DNA from: Callorhinchus milii | Taxonomy: Eukaryota | Length of the DNA stretch: 64,000 bases | Direction: 5' to 3' | Assembly (NCBI RefSeq): GCF_018977255.1 | Contig: NW_024704761.1 | Location: 2,232,001 to 2,296,000 of the forward strand | Shown: positions 1-10,885 of the stretch, one piece after another | How the letters are laid out: every line of letters starts with the position of its first letter | Position numbering within the stretch: the stretch's first letter is position 1 | The notes under the pieces: generated by a model | Told to the model about the DNA's origin: nothing | What the model saw: the letters and a program-made list of their open reading frames with translations, nothing else | Databases searched by the model: none | Program-made: the position numbers and the translations under genes

Positions 1-68
1 GCGCTGTGAGAGCATCGCTGCACAGACACTCTGGAGCAGTAAATAATGTTTTGATTTTGTTCCTCCAG

Positions 69-1184
69 GTGATTTTGTTCACACAGGAAATATTCTGGCA
101 ACGCAGCGCCTCATTCGCTGGCATCCAGGAGCCAACGTAAGTTATTGCTGTCCGGCCTAATGTGGCACAAGGGAAGAAACCAGTCGGATCCCTTAAGACT
201 TGTTTTGCACAAAGGAATTACTTTCTCTGGGCTAAGACTATCCTAATGTAACGGCTCCAGCAAGCCTTCATCCTTCAGTGTGTGCTGGAATAGAAGCCAG
301 TGGCAGGGGTGACCAGGCAGGGTGCTGTTAATGTGCCAAAGGGGAATCCGCTCATGTGTTAATGACCCACCCACTTTCTCTATTATGCGTTTACAGTTCT
401 CTGGCAGCTCGTAGTATTTGTTTGGCTGCGGGATACTCAGTTGAGGAGAGCTTGTTGACGGTTCACTTTGAGATTGTGGTACGGTTAATACTTCCTCGGT
501 TAGGGCTGCAACGTGAATATAATCCAATGAAGGAGTGAAGCTATCTGCTATCTGTGTGTTGTTACAGTATTAAACTATTAGCCACTAGAGGGTGATGCCG
601 CACTGAGGCCGTGAATTTTCACACCGATTTGGATCTGGATGAAATATGAACCTTTTTTTTAAACCACCACAAAGATACAGCAATGTGCCTGTTCCCAGGG
701 TTAGAGAAGCGGCATTTAGCCAGTTGTCACTCCTGATCACTGGCCCGGGACCCTATCTGGAAGGTGGATGTGCCCAGTGTGTGCATCGAGTGGTGGGGGG
801 GTGGGGGATGGATTGTGCTTGGCTGCGAGACACTGATTCAAAGCTGACACATGAACAGTGGGCATCTGGTAAAGCTGGAGGGACATCCATAGAACACGTC
901 CCAGTGAGGACCACAGGGAGTTGAACTCCTTCAGGGAGGAGAGGAAAGTGACTGGAAGTTCTATGATTTTCCCACAGGTCGGAATGGGTCGGAGGAAGAC
1001 ACTGTTTGCTCTTGAAGACGGTGTTGTCCGTTACACGAAGGAAGTGTACGTCCCTCCCCCCCGCAGCCTGGAGGCCGCTCGGGTGGTCTGCCGCCTGCCC
1101 AGGGGGGCCGTGCTGTACAAGACTTGCATCAACGTGGTTCCCGAGAAACAGGAGGGTCGCTTCAAACTGGTGGACATGCTCTGA
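69..1184 (+). CDS. MRPL27: Mitochondrial ribosomal protein bL27m, last two coding exons (69-136, 978-1184); 5' exons lie outside the window
   Basis: AG/GT-bounded exons translate to [22 protein letters not shown] | [26 protein letters not shown]...[10 protein letters not shown]...FKLVDML*, matching the L27 signature and the vertebrate MRPL27 C-terminus. Candidate ATTAAA at 1570-1575. Confidence 0.96.
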
Positions 1185-2340
1185 GCCTCGGCAGCAGGTT
1201 CATTCTGTGACAACAGATTGATGGGAACGTTGCAGGACGTGAATACTCAGAATGCCCAGAGGGCTCTCAGTGGGGAACAGAAGCTCTGTCTGTCTCTGAG
1301 ATCACAGGAATTCCGTGCCCCGAAGACTCCATCAGACAACCTACAGCGAACTCCTGATAACTCAACACTGACTTAACCTGTCACTACCATTTGAGTCAAT
1401 CTTTCAATATCCCGGCTGGGTTTATTTATGTATTTATACATGCGCCTAACTCACTACTCTGGATAACTGGTCGCTGAGCCTTTTTCCTCTTTGGAATGAT
1501 GAGTTATTAGGAGTTTACTGTACATTACAAACACCTTTCTCGGGATGTTGCAGTTTTCTTGAATGGTCTATTAAAATCTTCTGAGTATTTGATATTTTTC
1601 CTATATAAAACCTAAAAAAAAAAGCTATTTATAAAACCTGGGATTCTGTTTGCTTTGTAAACGGGTTAAATCTGAAAAATCTGAAACTAGGGATGTGCTC
1701 CACGTTCCCTGCCCCGCCCCACCATCAGGCATCGAGCCCTCAGCTTTTCTATCCCCTCTCTGGAACACCATCCCCAAATCCCTCCTTCAATGCCCGTCTC
1801 AAAACCTTCCTCTTTAACCGTGCCTTCGGCCACATCCCACACCTCTTATCCTCCAACCCTCTTGATTCCAACCCCCAGCAAGGGCGTAAACCATTAGCTG
1901 ACCAATGTCTTGGGATGTCCTTCCGACGTGAAAGGTGCTGCACAAATGTAATTTGTTATTTTTGAAATTATATAATAGGCACATTTACATTAAAATCACC
2001 AGTGCACCCACTTCTCTGGGTTGGTCGTCTACATCAGAGATTAGACTTCTTATGACAGTTTGTGTTTGGTGTGGCTCCTGTCGATGTGAATGTGACAATT
2101 GAATTAAAGGCATTAAAGGTGTCACAGAGCTGGAGGTCAGAATCCCCAATTTAATATGGATAAAAACAATCGGAGGCAGCCGGGTCATGTTACACTGTTC
2201 AGTTGGGTCAGTGTTGAGGCTGAAGATTTTAACCATGGTTGTGGCAGATGGAAGTTTGAAAGGCCTTTTCATGTCCTTGCTTTTCTTGTGTTGCTATGTA
2301 AGAGTACTTTGAGACTTGAAATGTAATCCCTTGCTCATTA

Positions 2341-5300
2341 CTACATGAGTGTTGAAACACTTTGCTTAGGTTCACACGGTAAGTTCACAAAGTTCTTCAA
2401 TGCTTTAGACGCCTCTCTAGAATTGAGCAACCACACACATCAGTTAACTTGTTATGAGAATCATAGAACGTACAGCACAGGAGGCCGTTGAGCCTATTAC
2501 ATTCACAGCGGCTTTCCGAAAGAGATTCATATAGACTCTTCAAATAGATTGTAGTTTTACCCTCGAGTATGTCAGAGGAACAACTGCCAGAGCAACAACA
2601 ATCTTCTCTGGGAAGGTGGCAGAGCTGTACTCAGCCGTGAGGACTTGACCAACCCCTTAGGAGATGGATATTGAGTGGGGGGGGTGGGGGCTGAAGGAGA
2701 TGAACATGGCCGTGGTTGAAGAGGTAAATTTTCAAGTGGTAAATTTTCAAGTGGGATTTGAAGATAAAGGGGCCGAGGCAGGGAGGTGCTGAGATTAGGG
2801 GCGGAGTGACTGAAGGCACAGCTGCTGACAGTAGTGGCACAGGGAGTCAGTGGATGCAACGCATTTCCTCTGATGTCTTGAAGGTCTTTCCATTGACCAA
2901 CCAACAGAAATAGGTTATTCCCCTTAATCACTATCCCTCGTCGTGTTACCAGTGGAAAGATATTCACAATGATCCGGAGTGTGCATGACTTTGAGGACCA
3001 CAGAATCCATCGCAATGGAGGAGATTGCCCTTTCTCTTTTTCTGTAGTCCTTAGCCATTCCCTTGTCTCTAAGCAACAACAACTTGCACTTATACAGCAC
3101 CCTCAATGCAGGGTAGCAGGGTCTCAGAAGGCTTAACAGTGGCGGAGCCTGACTCCAGGGAGGGGGGAGGTGTCCGTAAGCATTACCTGCCCAGCGGTCC
3201 TGCTCTCTGCTGTCGATTGCACAGGTTTCTCTTCACACGGATATCATTCAGATGCAGCCTGGCAAAAGTCCTGATGATCTGTTTGAGGAAGAGATACAGC
3301 AATCTGATATTTCAGCATAAGGTACAAAAACTCTTCGCATCTCATAAATGACGGGAATGTGTTTGGATTTTGCTTTGGTGGTTGGTGCTTTCCTTTTCGT
3401 CCACCTCCACTTCGCCCAATATACAAATTCACAGTATATCCTAATATATATACACACAGTATTTATGTTATATATATATCTTCATCCATGCAGTCATCAC
3501 ATCCAGGCTCGACTACGCTACCTCCCTGCTTGTCGGCCTTCCCAATTCTTCCCTCCACAAGTTGTAGATCATTCAGATCGGTCACTTTCACACCCTTCCT
3601 GCCCTCCACCCTCCTGATCCCAACCCCAAGCTCCAGTCCAAATCCTTGACTGTCCAGCGCCTTGGGATGTGAAAGGCTCGATACAAATACAAGCTGTTGA
3701 CAAGGATCAACCGATGGTAGCAGAGAGTTGGAACCGTTACGTAAATCCAAAGTATATTTCATATGATTTGCTCTGCAAAGTTATTGGTAAACTGGGGCCT
3801 TTAAGGAGCCGCTGACATTACCTGGAACTGCACCTGATCACTGGGGTCGATCTCCGTCATCTCCAGCAGAGTTCGGAGCATCCGGGTACTGCCAACTCCC
3901 AGGACGCCCTGTCACACGCACACACAAAGGTCAGCCTCGCATTTCACCTGCAACTTGTATCTGGGACGTACAGTCGCTCTCGGGCTGGATTATCAGGACG
4001 ATTAGTATTTGTGCCAATGACACAATTATTATAGAGTCCACAAAACTGTCGCCCACAGAATACACAGTCAATTCACTTTGTGTTGTATCCCATGAAGCGC
4101 TTTGAGACGTCTCGAAGACGCGATAAGGCGCTATATCAAATGCAAGGATTATTATTATAATAATTAGCAAAAACAAAATAGTTTATAGTCAGTAACTGCT
4201 TTCTCAGAAGCCCAGCCGAGATTCAAGACGGTTACTTTTTTTTTAATATATTATTCCTTCACAGCTTCGAGTCAATTAGAACGAATGACAGAAAAATCGG
4301 GTAACTCACCAGTGAAATAACTGCTTGGCTTCTGTTTTCTTCATCCTTGTGCCCCAACTGTCTGTTAAACAGAAGGGACGAATCTTACTGTGCCGCCTGA
4401 CAGCGAGAGGTGCTGAGTTTAGTCAAGGTGCTTCCTGAGCCAATGCCCCGTGGATCAGTCCCAGGGTAAGATTATTGACAGTAGTGAGGGAGCGCGAGTG
4501 GATGTGATAATAATAATAATAATCCTTGCATTTGATATAGCGCTTTTCACGTCTTCTCGTCGTCTCAAAGCGCTTCACAGAATAGACTGTAAAGTGAATT
4601 GACTGTATATTTGTGGGCGAACGCGGCAGCCAATTGCACACAGCAATGTCCCACAAACAGCCGTGGATTGAAAATGACCAATTTATTGTTGTTTTGTTTT
4701 GGAGGGATTATTATTAGGCTCTGTGTGGAGTAAGGAAACTTGCCCGAGGTTTCACCCTCTGCCTGGGATTGAACTCAGGTCTCTCACTTGCAAGAGAAGT
4801 GCTCTAACCATTGAGCTACAGGACTCCACAAGGCGCTATATCAAATGCAGGAAGTGTTATTATTGACCATCCTCATTATTGGGCTGAGCTATCACACTGC
4901 AGTGATGGTTAAAGTAAAATCAAAACTCCCGCTGCTCTGAGAAACACAGACCGCCCCGGTGAGCTGCCCCTCTTTCATGGACTCACTTTTCAACAACTTC
5001 CCACATTTTTCGTTTCATTCGGAGATAATTCACAGTCATGGCCACACGCTGACGCACTACCTACAACACGGGCGGGGGGGGGGAGGGGGGCAAAAAGAGG
5101 ACAATCAGTCATTAGTCATTGGTTCGAATTTAGAAAAAATATCCTATGATTACCTCAAGCAGGATCCCAAAACAACAGCAACAACGCGCTCATTATATCG
5201 CATTCTTTGCACGTCTCAGAGCGACAAACACAACCCTGCAAGAGAAACCCTCTGTACCGTACAATACAAAATACAGTGGCATTAATATTTACACAGTGAG

Positions 5301-8300
5301 GACCTCCGCGTTGGGAGGATGTGAAAGCCCTTAAACCAGGGTGACATTTCCCACTCACATGCTGATTGCCAACTAGAAACACTTTTGGTTTGCCAGCTCA
5401 CCCCCCCTTCCCCAATTTGCAACTGAATTGAGACGACTGCCTTCTTCAGTGCCATCAAGTAGTCAATGGTGTAGTTACTTTGGGCCCTTTATATGGACAG
5501 GGTGGACATGGGGCCACTTTCGCCCGGTCACACTGCGGCTCTCTCTCTCTCTCTCTCTCTTGGATGCAGCTCACCAGATGTGGCTCGTTCCACAGCTTTT
5601 CCCGCAGCGTCTGAAAGATCTGCTCGGTCATGTTGTTTTCATTGATGCCTTCCAACCCGATGTTGATGAGTGTTTCTAAAGCAACCAATCGGTGCTGCAA
5701 CCAGAAAGGCATAGCGAAGTTACCGGGTTAGTTCGTTTAGGATTGTCATTGACCGGCCATTCTGCATGAACAAGGGATTTGCTGACAAACCTTGTAGACG
5801 GGAGCTGTGCAGAGCAGGTCAATGGTGGCCTGGATGATGACTTGATCGTACATCTTCAGGTGTTTGGCCAGAATTTCCAGGGCCTGGGGGAGAGACAGAG
5901 ATGTATTTTCCATTTTGTCTCTATATTTCCTGACCTTTTTATAAACATTTGTCCTCGCCTCCAAACTCCACTGGGAGGTGCCATTGCTGGCACCTCACAG
6001 CCCCTCCCCTGAGGTCTTGTCCCCATGTCTGCAGCTTGTGTAGGGAAGCCTGGTGAGCAAAGCGTTGGCGCAGTGAAGCTTGAATGTGACAAAGACATGG
6101 ATGAGGGTCTCAGTGGCCTGAGGGGAAACAAAGAACAATTTGATCAAATTAACTGAATTGAGAAACCAAGAGAAAGGGCCAGAATGCATGGACCAACAGG
6201 ATCAAAAGAGAGGAGAAGGACCGAGTGACAGATAAACTCGGTTGAAAAGGCAAAATACTGCAGATACTGGGAATCTGAAATAAAAACAGAAGTGATTGGG
6301 AACACTCAGCAGGTCAGAAGTGTTCTGTCGAAAGGTCATCGATCTGAAAACTTGACTCACTTTCCTCTCTCTCCACAGATGCTGCCTGATCTGCTGAGCA
6401 TTCCCAGCGACTTCTGTTTTTTATTTCGGTTTTAAAAGGTTGTAGCTTTCACGTACGTGTTTCTTTGTATAGGAATCTTTATCGTGCAGATAGGTAAATA
6501 GTTTGTCAATCCCAACTTGATCTGTGCTGTCCAGGTAGCAGAGACAAGTCGCAGCCTTCATAGGGATGCGGGGATCAGCATGTGGTGTGGTCACAATTTG
6601 GGTAAAGGCTTCAACCATATTACTCACAGCAGAGAGCGCTGGCCGCTGGAAGGAAAATGAGGAAACAATTAAATTGACGTAAGGGCACAATAAATATGTA
6701 AATTCTTTTTTAAATTGTTGGAAAAATACTCAGCTCCTGTTAAACCCTGTCAAAGCCAAAGGCCTGATGCGTTGGGTGGTCCTAGCTGGACAAGCAGTGG
6801 GCAGGGTAAGCAGGGTGTGTCCCTCCAGGGAGAGAGCGCGGAATCCATTCCATTCCAGGCATGGGAATATCCACGTGTAGGTGGCATCCGTACATATGTG
6901 GAACTCTCAGTCTGGTTTGGAAACTCTTGAGCGCGGTGATGGGTTTTTTGTCAAACGGTGAACAAACAAGAAACCTATTGTTTACCAGGCGACGAGTGGT
7001 CATCGACCACCTTTTAAGAGCGTCCTCAAAGTTGCTGATGACATCATCCTGAATCTGAGTGTCTTTTCTAACGTATTTAATGAGCTCCATCACCACCTCT
7101 TTCTTCCAGCTCCCTGCAGGAATCGCAAGGTTCAGTCACAAGCTTAGCTCGGGGGACGGGGGAGTGGAGGGGTGGGGGGAGTGGGGGACGGGGGAGTGGG
7201 GGGTGGGATTATGGGGGGGCCTTGCCAATTTGGGTTTTCTGTTGCTGTTCAGTGATAGGATGCAGTTACGTATACCTACAGATACACTACACTTATCAGC
7301 AGTCACTGTTTGACGTTGTAGGTGCTGTATCAAATGCAAGGATCATTTACTTATTAATAGGGCAAAGTCTTAACGCAATCTTAACACTGTTACACAAATA
7401 GCAATGACTCAGAGCTATCCCAGTCACAGAGGTGCTCAAGGTTGGGTGAGATAGAACTTCCTGCTCCCAGCAACTGTGTTTATAATATAATAATCCTTGT
7501 ATTTGATATAGCGCCTTATCATGTCATTGAGACGTCTCAAAGTGCTTCACAGGATATACTGCAAAGTGTAGCGACTGTGTAGTTTGTGGCCGAAAGTATG
7601 GGTATTGGTTGACATCTTAAGGTGGTTGCGAGTCACCAGATTAGCCTGTACAATCCGGCCACGCTGAGCCAGTTTGTAACCAGCAAGTCCAGAAAGGGAG
7701 CAGGACACAACACCAGGAGTGAGTGACCGAATCCAGGAACAACATTCTGAGACTCACAACAATAATGCCCGGTGCCCACTGTTCCCCTGACAGTAACGTA
7801 CAAACAATCAGGTGTCTGTCTCCAGCACTCACCCAGAGAGAGAAGGGCTCTGGCAATTTCGTATCTCACTGCACAATTCTGTTCTTCCACCAGCTGAAAA
7901 CAAACAAACAGCGGAGGTGACTCCAGCCACAACAACAACAACTTGCATTTATATATCGCCCTTCGCACCAGACGCCGTCTCAGAGCACTTAAATATACAG
8001 TCAACAGAGCACACAACTCACTGCACTGCAGCGCATGCACATCACAAGCATAAAACACGTTGACAATTACACCGCCTTCACATCGTGTTGGAGATGGAAC
8101 AGTTGTTAGGGAACAGAGATGGGTTGAGGGAAGGTTTTATGTGGTGGGGAGAGGTGTTGATGATAGCTATTTTGAAGGGGATGAGAACTGTGGCAATGAA
8201 ATATCTGTTTGCAAGGGTGTGAAGAGGTGGGGGTAGGAAGTCAGGCGAGAAGCAGAAATGGGGTCAAGAGAATATGCGGTGGGCTTCATTCAGCAGATCC

Positions 8301-10885
8301 TCGCAGTTTTGGGACACGAGTAAGTCCATCATCTCTTCAGCATCAATTTTCTTTACAATTTTCCCCAAAACCTACTGCCGCATGGAGTGCAGAAACCACA
8401 AATTTATTGATGCATTTGAGATTCCAGAGAGCCTGTCGGGGCAAGAGGAAAAACCTGTCAAAGAATTAAGTTGCAGTAAACGATTGCTTTCATGCTTTGG
8501 TGTAAGCACAAAGGGGGAAACGTTTATTTTCCCTCAGAAAATCTTTGCTCCTAAACTAATCAACGAGAGCCCCTGAACCCTTATCGTTCCCAATAGTGCT
8601 GTTCTAACACTGGCATCAGTGTGTGTGTATATATGTTTGATTGTTTTTCTCCTCCACTGGGTGACTTGCCTTTGCTGCGTCCAGTCTATCCTGGTCACAA
8701 GTTGCACTTAATTTCTTTGTAAGATCCTGCAACACAAAACAAACCCTATTTAAACATAAACCACATTGCGGAATGGCCAAACAACAGGAGTCTGAGGGCT
8801 GAGCTAAAAATAATGTAATGATTGACAGCTAACACGGTTTCAGTTCTCCGAGACCCTACCCTGCTTGAAAGCGCTATATAAATGCAACTTGTCATTTGTT
8901 GTCTGACCAATCTTCCAGACTTTTTTGAGAAGTTAACGGACCAAATTGATTGTGGGAAGCCATATGATGTAGAATATCTAGACTTCCAAAAGGTATTCGA
9001 CAAAGTACCTCATGAAAGATTCCTCCACAAACTGGTCGTTGGGTATCAAGGGCAAGACATGGACAGGGATTCAGAATTGGCTGAAGGGAAGCAAGGAGAG
9101 GATGTTTGCTAGAGCTGTGAGGTCAGAATTACCCTCACCTGTACTCACACTCACCTGTAATCTCTCCCACTTCAGTGTGTCTCTTTGCCGCAGAATGATT
9201 GTCAGTTTGGAAACTTTCCCTATGTTCCCAAACACAGCATACGAATTTGCACGGAACTGCTGCAAGGATTGAAAACGCCTGGAGAAACAGGGCCGAGGGT
9301 GCTATCAGGGCTGGAGCATGGAGGCAAGGAGTCATATCAGTCTGGAGATGATTTTGACTCTGAGTCAAAACTGCTCTTATCACCCCTTTCTCAAAAACCC
9401 TCCTTCAATCCTCCTGCGCTGTCAAATTACCTGATGGCCTCCAGCAATGAATTGTTGGTTCCCGGTTTCCTCTTTCCTTTCCCAGCACACACCTTACAAA
9501 CGCCCCGAGACACTACCCTGCGTGAAGGGTGCTATAAAAATGCAAGTTGTTGTTCGATGAGCTCCTCCAATCCGTTTTCACCCAATCCACAATACCCAAG
9601 ACTGTTCTGGTCAAAGTCACACAAACTTAAGCTTAAATTAGAAAATCCCTCATTGCAAGTACTGTACATGTTTACCCACCAGCAGAAGGTCATCCCCCGC
9701 AGAACTCTGCCAGCAAGCTTTAGTTCCTGATTCTTTGCATTTTCATTCATTCCTTTACCTCAGTTTTAATTTCTTCCTGAGTTCCTCAGCCTGACGAGGT
9801 GTCTGTCTGGGTTGCTCCAGGAACAGTTGATTGACCAGTCGAGGCTGTTGAGGAAGGTTCTCTAGGCTTGTCTGAGTCCATTTAGATGGGTGTGGAGGAA
9901 AAGACTGAGAAACAAGACAAGACCCATTTATATAATAATAATAACCATTGTATTTGATATAGCACTTTATTATGTTATCGAGATAAGGTGCTGAGTCAAA
10001 TGCACCTTATCTCGCAAGCCAAAATGCTCCAGGGAGATCCTGTTCACCTGCATATCCCACCCCCCACCCACCTATCTCCATTCCTGATACTGAAAATCCT
10101 TAAAACTTTGCCGCATATGTTCACTTGAGTTCTATACGCTGCTCTCCCAGGGGACTCTGCCGCCTTACCTGTCTGAGGACAGGGGTCGGTTGAATAACTG
10201 AGGGCAGTATAACCTGTTCAGATTTTCCTTTCTTTGTCAGGAATATCGTCTTGTCCTGTCTTTCCTCCAGCTGTGAGAATTATAGCAAGACAACAAAAGA
10301 GGTTTGAGTGTTGGTTTGGAAGGATGAGGGTGTGCTCTGAGACGCTCCCTGGGGTGAATGCATTGAGATGCTGTCCTGGTTAATCTGCGTTGTATAAATG
10401 CAAGTTGTGGTTGAATTTGTGGGTAAATTTGGATGCAGAGGAGAGAGTATAAGTAAAGTAAGTAAACAGCCACCTGAATCAGAAGGCAGACAGAACCTAC
10501 ATTTCATATCACAATAAAAGATTGCAACAATGATCATGAAATAAATAATAGCATTGTTTATAATACATAAGGTTATGTAGGTGAAAGTGGTGCAAAGGTG
10601 ATTAGTTGGAGTGTATTTCAGCAATGTCTTGTTCCCAAAGCCTTCTTGCTTCTCGAGCTAGGAAATTAAAATTCATGTGTGTGCCCCAGCACTGCTCAGC
10701 AGAGGCTGGGACTAATGGCAACAACAACAACTTGCATTTATATGGTGCCCCTCATGCAGGGTAACGTCCCAGAGCGCTTGACTATGACAGAGCATGACAC
10801 TGAGCCACACTGTGGGGAAGCAGACAATAAATCTTACCTGACCTTGCTTCTCACAATGTTGTTTGGAACTGAAAATAGTGGTCAT
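2341..10885 (-). CDS. HEATR9: HEAT repeat-containing protein 9-like, ~501 aa
   Basis: 16 frame-compatible exons: 10838-10885, 10169-10270, 9759-9904, 9155-9278, 8670-8726, 8376-8432, 7833-7893, 6986-7113, 6457-6645, 5791-5883, 5575-5694, 4987-5060, 4310-4361, 3822-3908, 3187-3278, 2341-2416. Peptides SKLTI..DTLKWERLQ, IGLEGINENNMTEQIFQTLREKLWNEPHL, VRQRVAMTV and [12 protein letters not shown] align in order with remembered human HEATR9 (SKLTI..[59 protein letters not shown]). First and last exons are the least certain. Confidence 0.85.
4506..4680 (-). mobile_element. 3' part of a Deu-domain SINE, (ATT)n-tailed family; representative copy
   Basis: Tail consensus AAGCGCTTTGAGACG...AAGGCGCTATATCAAATGCAAGGATTATTATT. 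Related copies at about 4048, 7484, 14645, 15230, 16310, 21495, 25729, 28390, 30685, 35925, 39680, 40435, 48805, 49320, 56908, 58895. Confidence 0.8.
4707..4827 (-). mobile_element. Short tRNA-derived SINE-like element
   Basis: Minus strand has A box TAGCTCAATGG, B box GTTCAATCC, a TGC at the anticodon-like position, no acceptor-stem pairing, and a (TAA)n tail. Confidence 0.7.
6245..6427. mobile_element. Penelope-like inverted-repeat element with a degenerate hammerhead core
   Basis: Arms 6277-6317 and 6386-6427 are imperfect reverse complements; interior CTGTCGA-AAGGTCATCGATCT-GAAA. Related to copies at 29828-29966 and about 57395-57485. Confidence 0.65.
8895..9110 (+). mobile_element. CR1-clade LINE reverse transcriptase fragment, decayed
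   Basis: CLTNLPDFFEKLTDQIDCGKPYDVEYLDFQKVFDKVPHERFLHKL, then a frameshift to GIKGKTWTGIQNWL; typical CR1 RT motif YLDF.KAFDKVPH. Confidence 0.9.

Noticed and set aside
1985-2272. 95-aa minus-strand ORF
   Set aside because: Lies after the inferred HEATR9 stop (2341), in the presumed 3' UTR, with an in-frame stop just upstream and no recognisable motif.
4750-4827. Possible tRNA-Ala(TGC) gene on the minus strand
   Set aside because: The acceptor stem does not pair and it is followed by a SINE-type tail.
2341-10885. EME1, expected next to MRPL27 from human synteny
   Set aside because: The exons have no ERCC4-type motifs and match HEATR9 in order.
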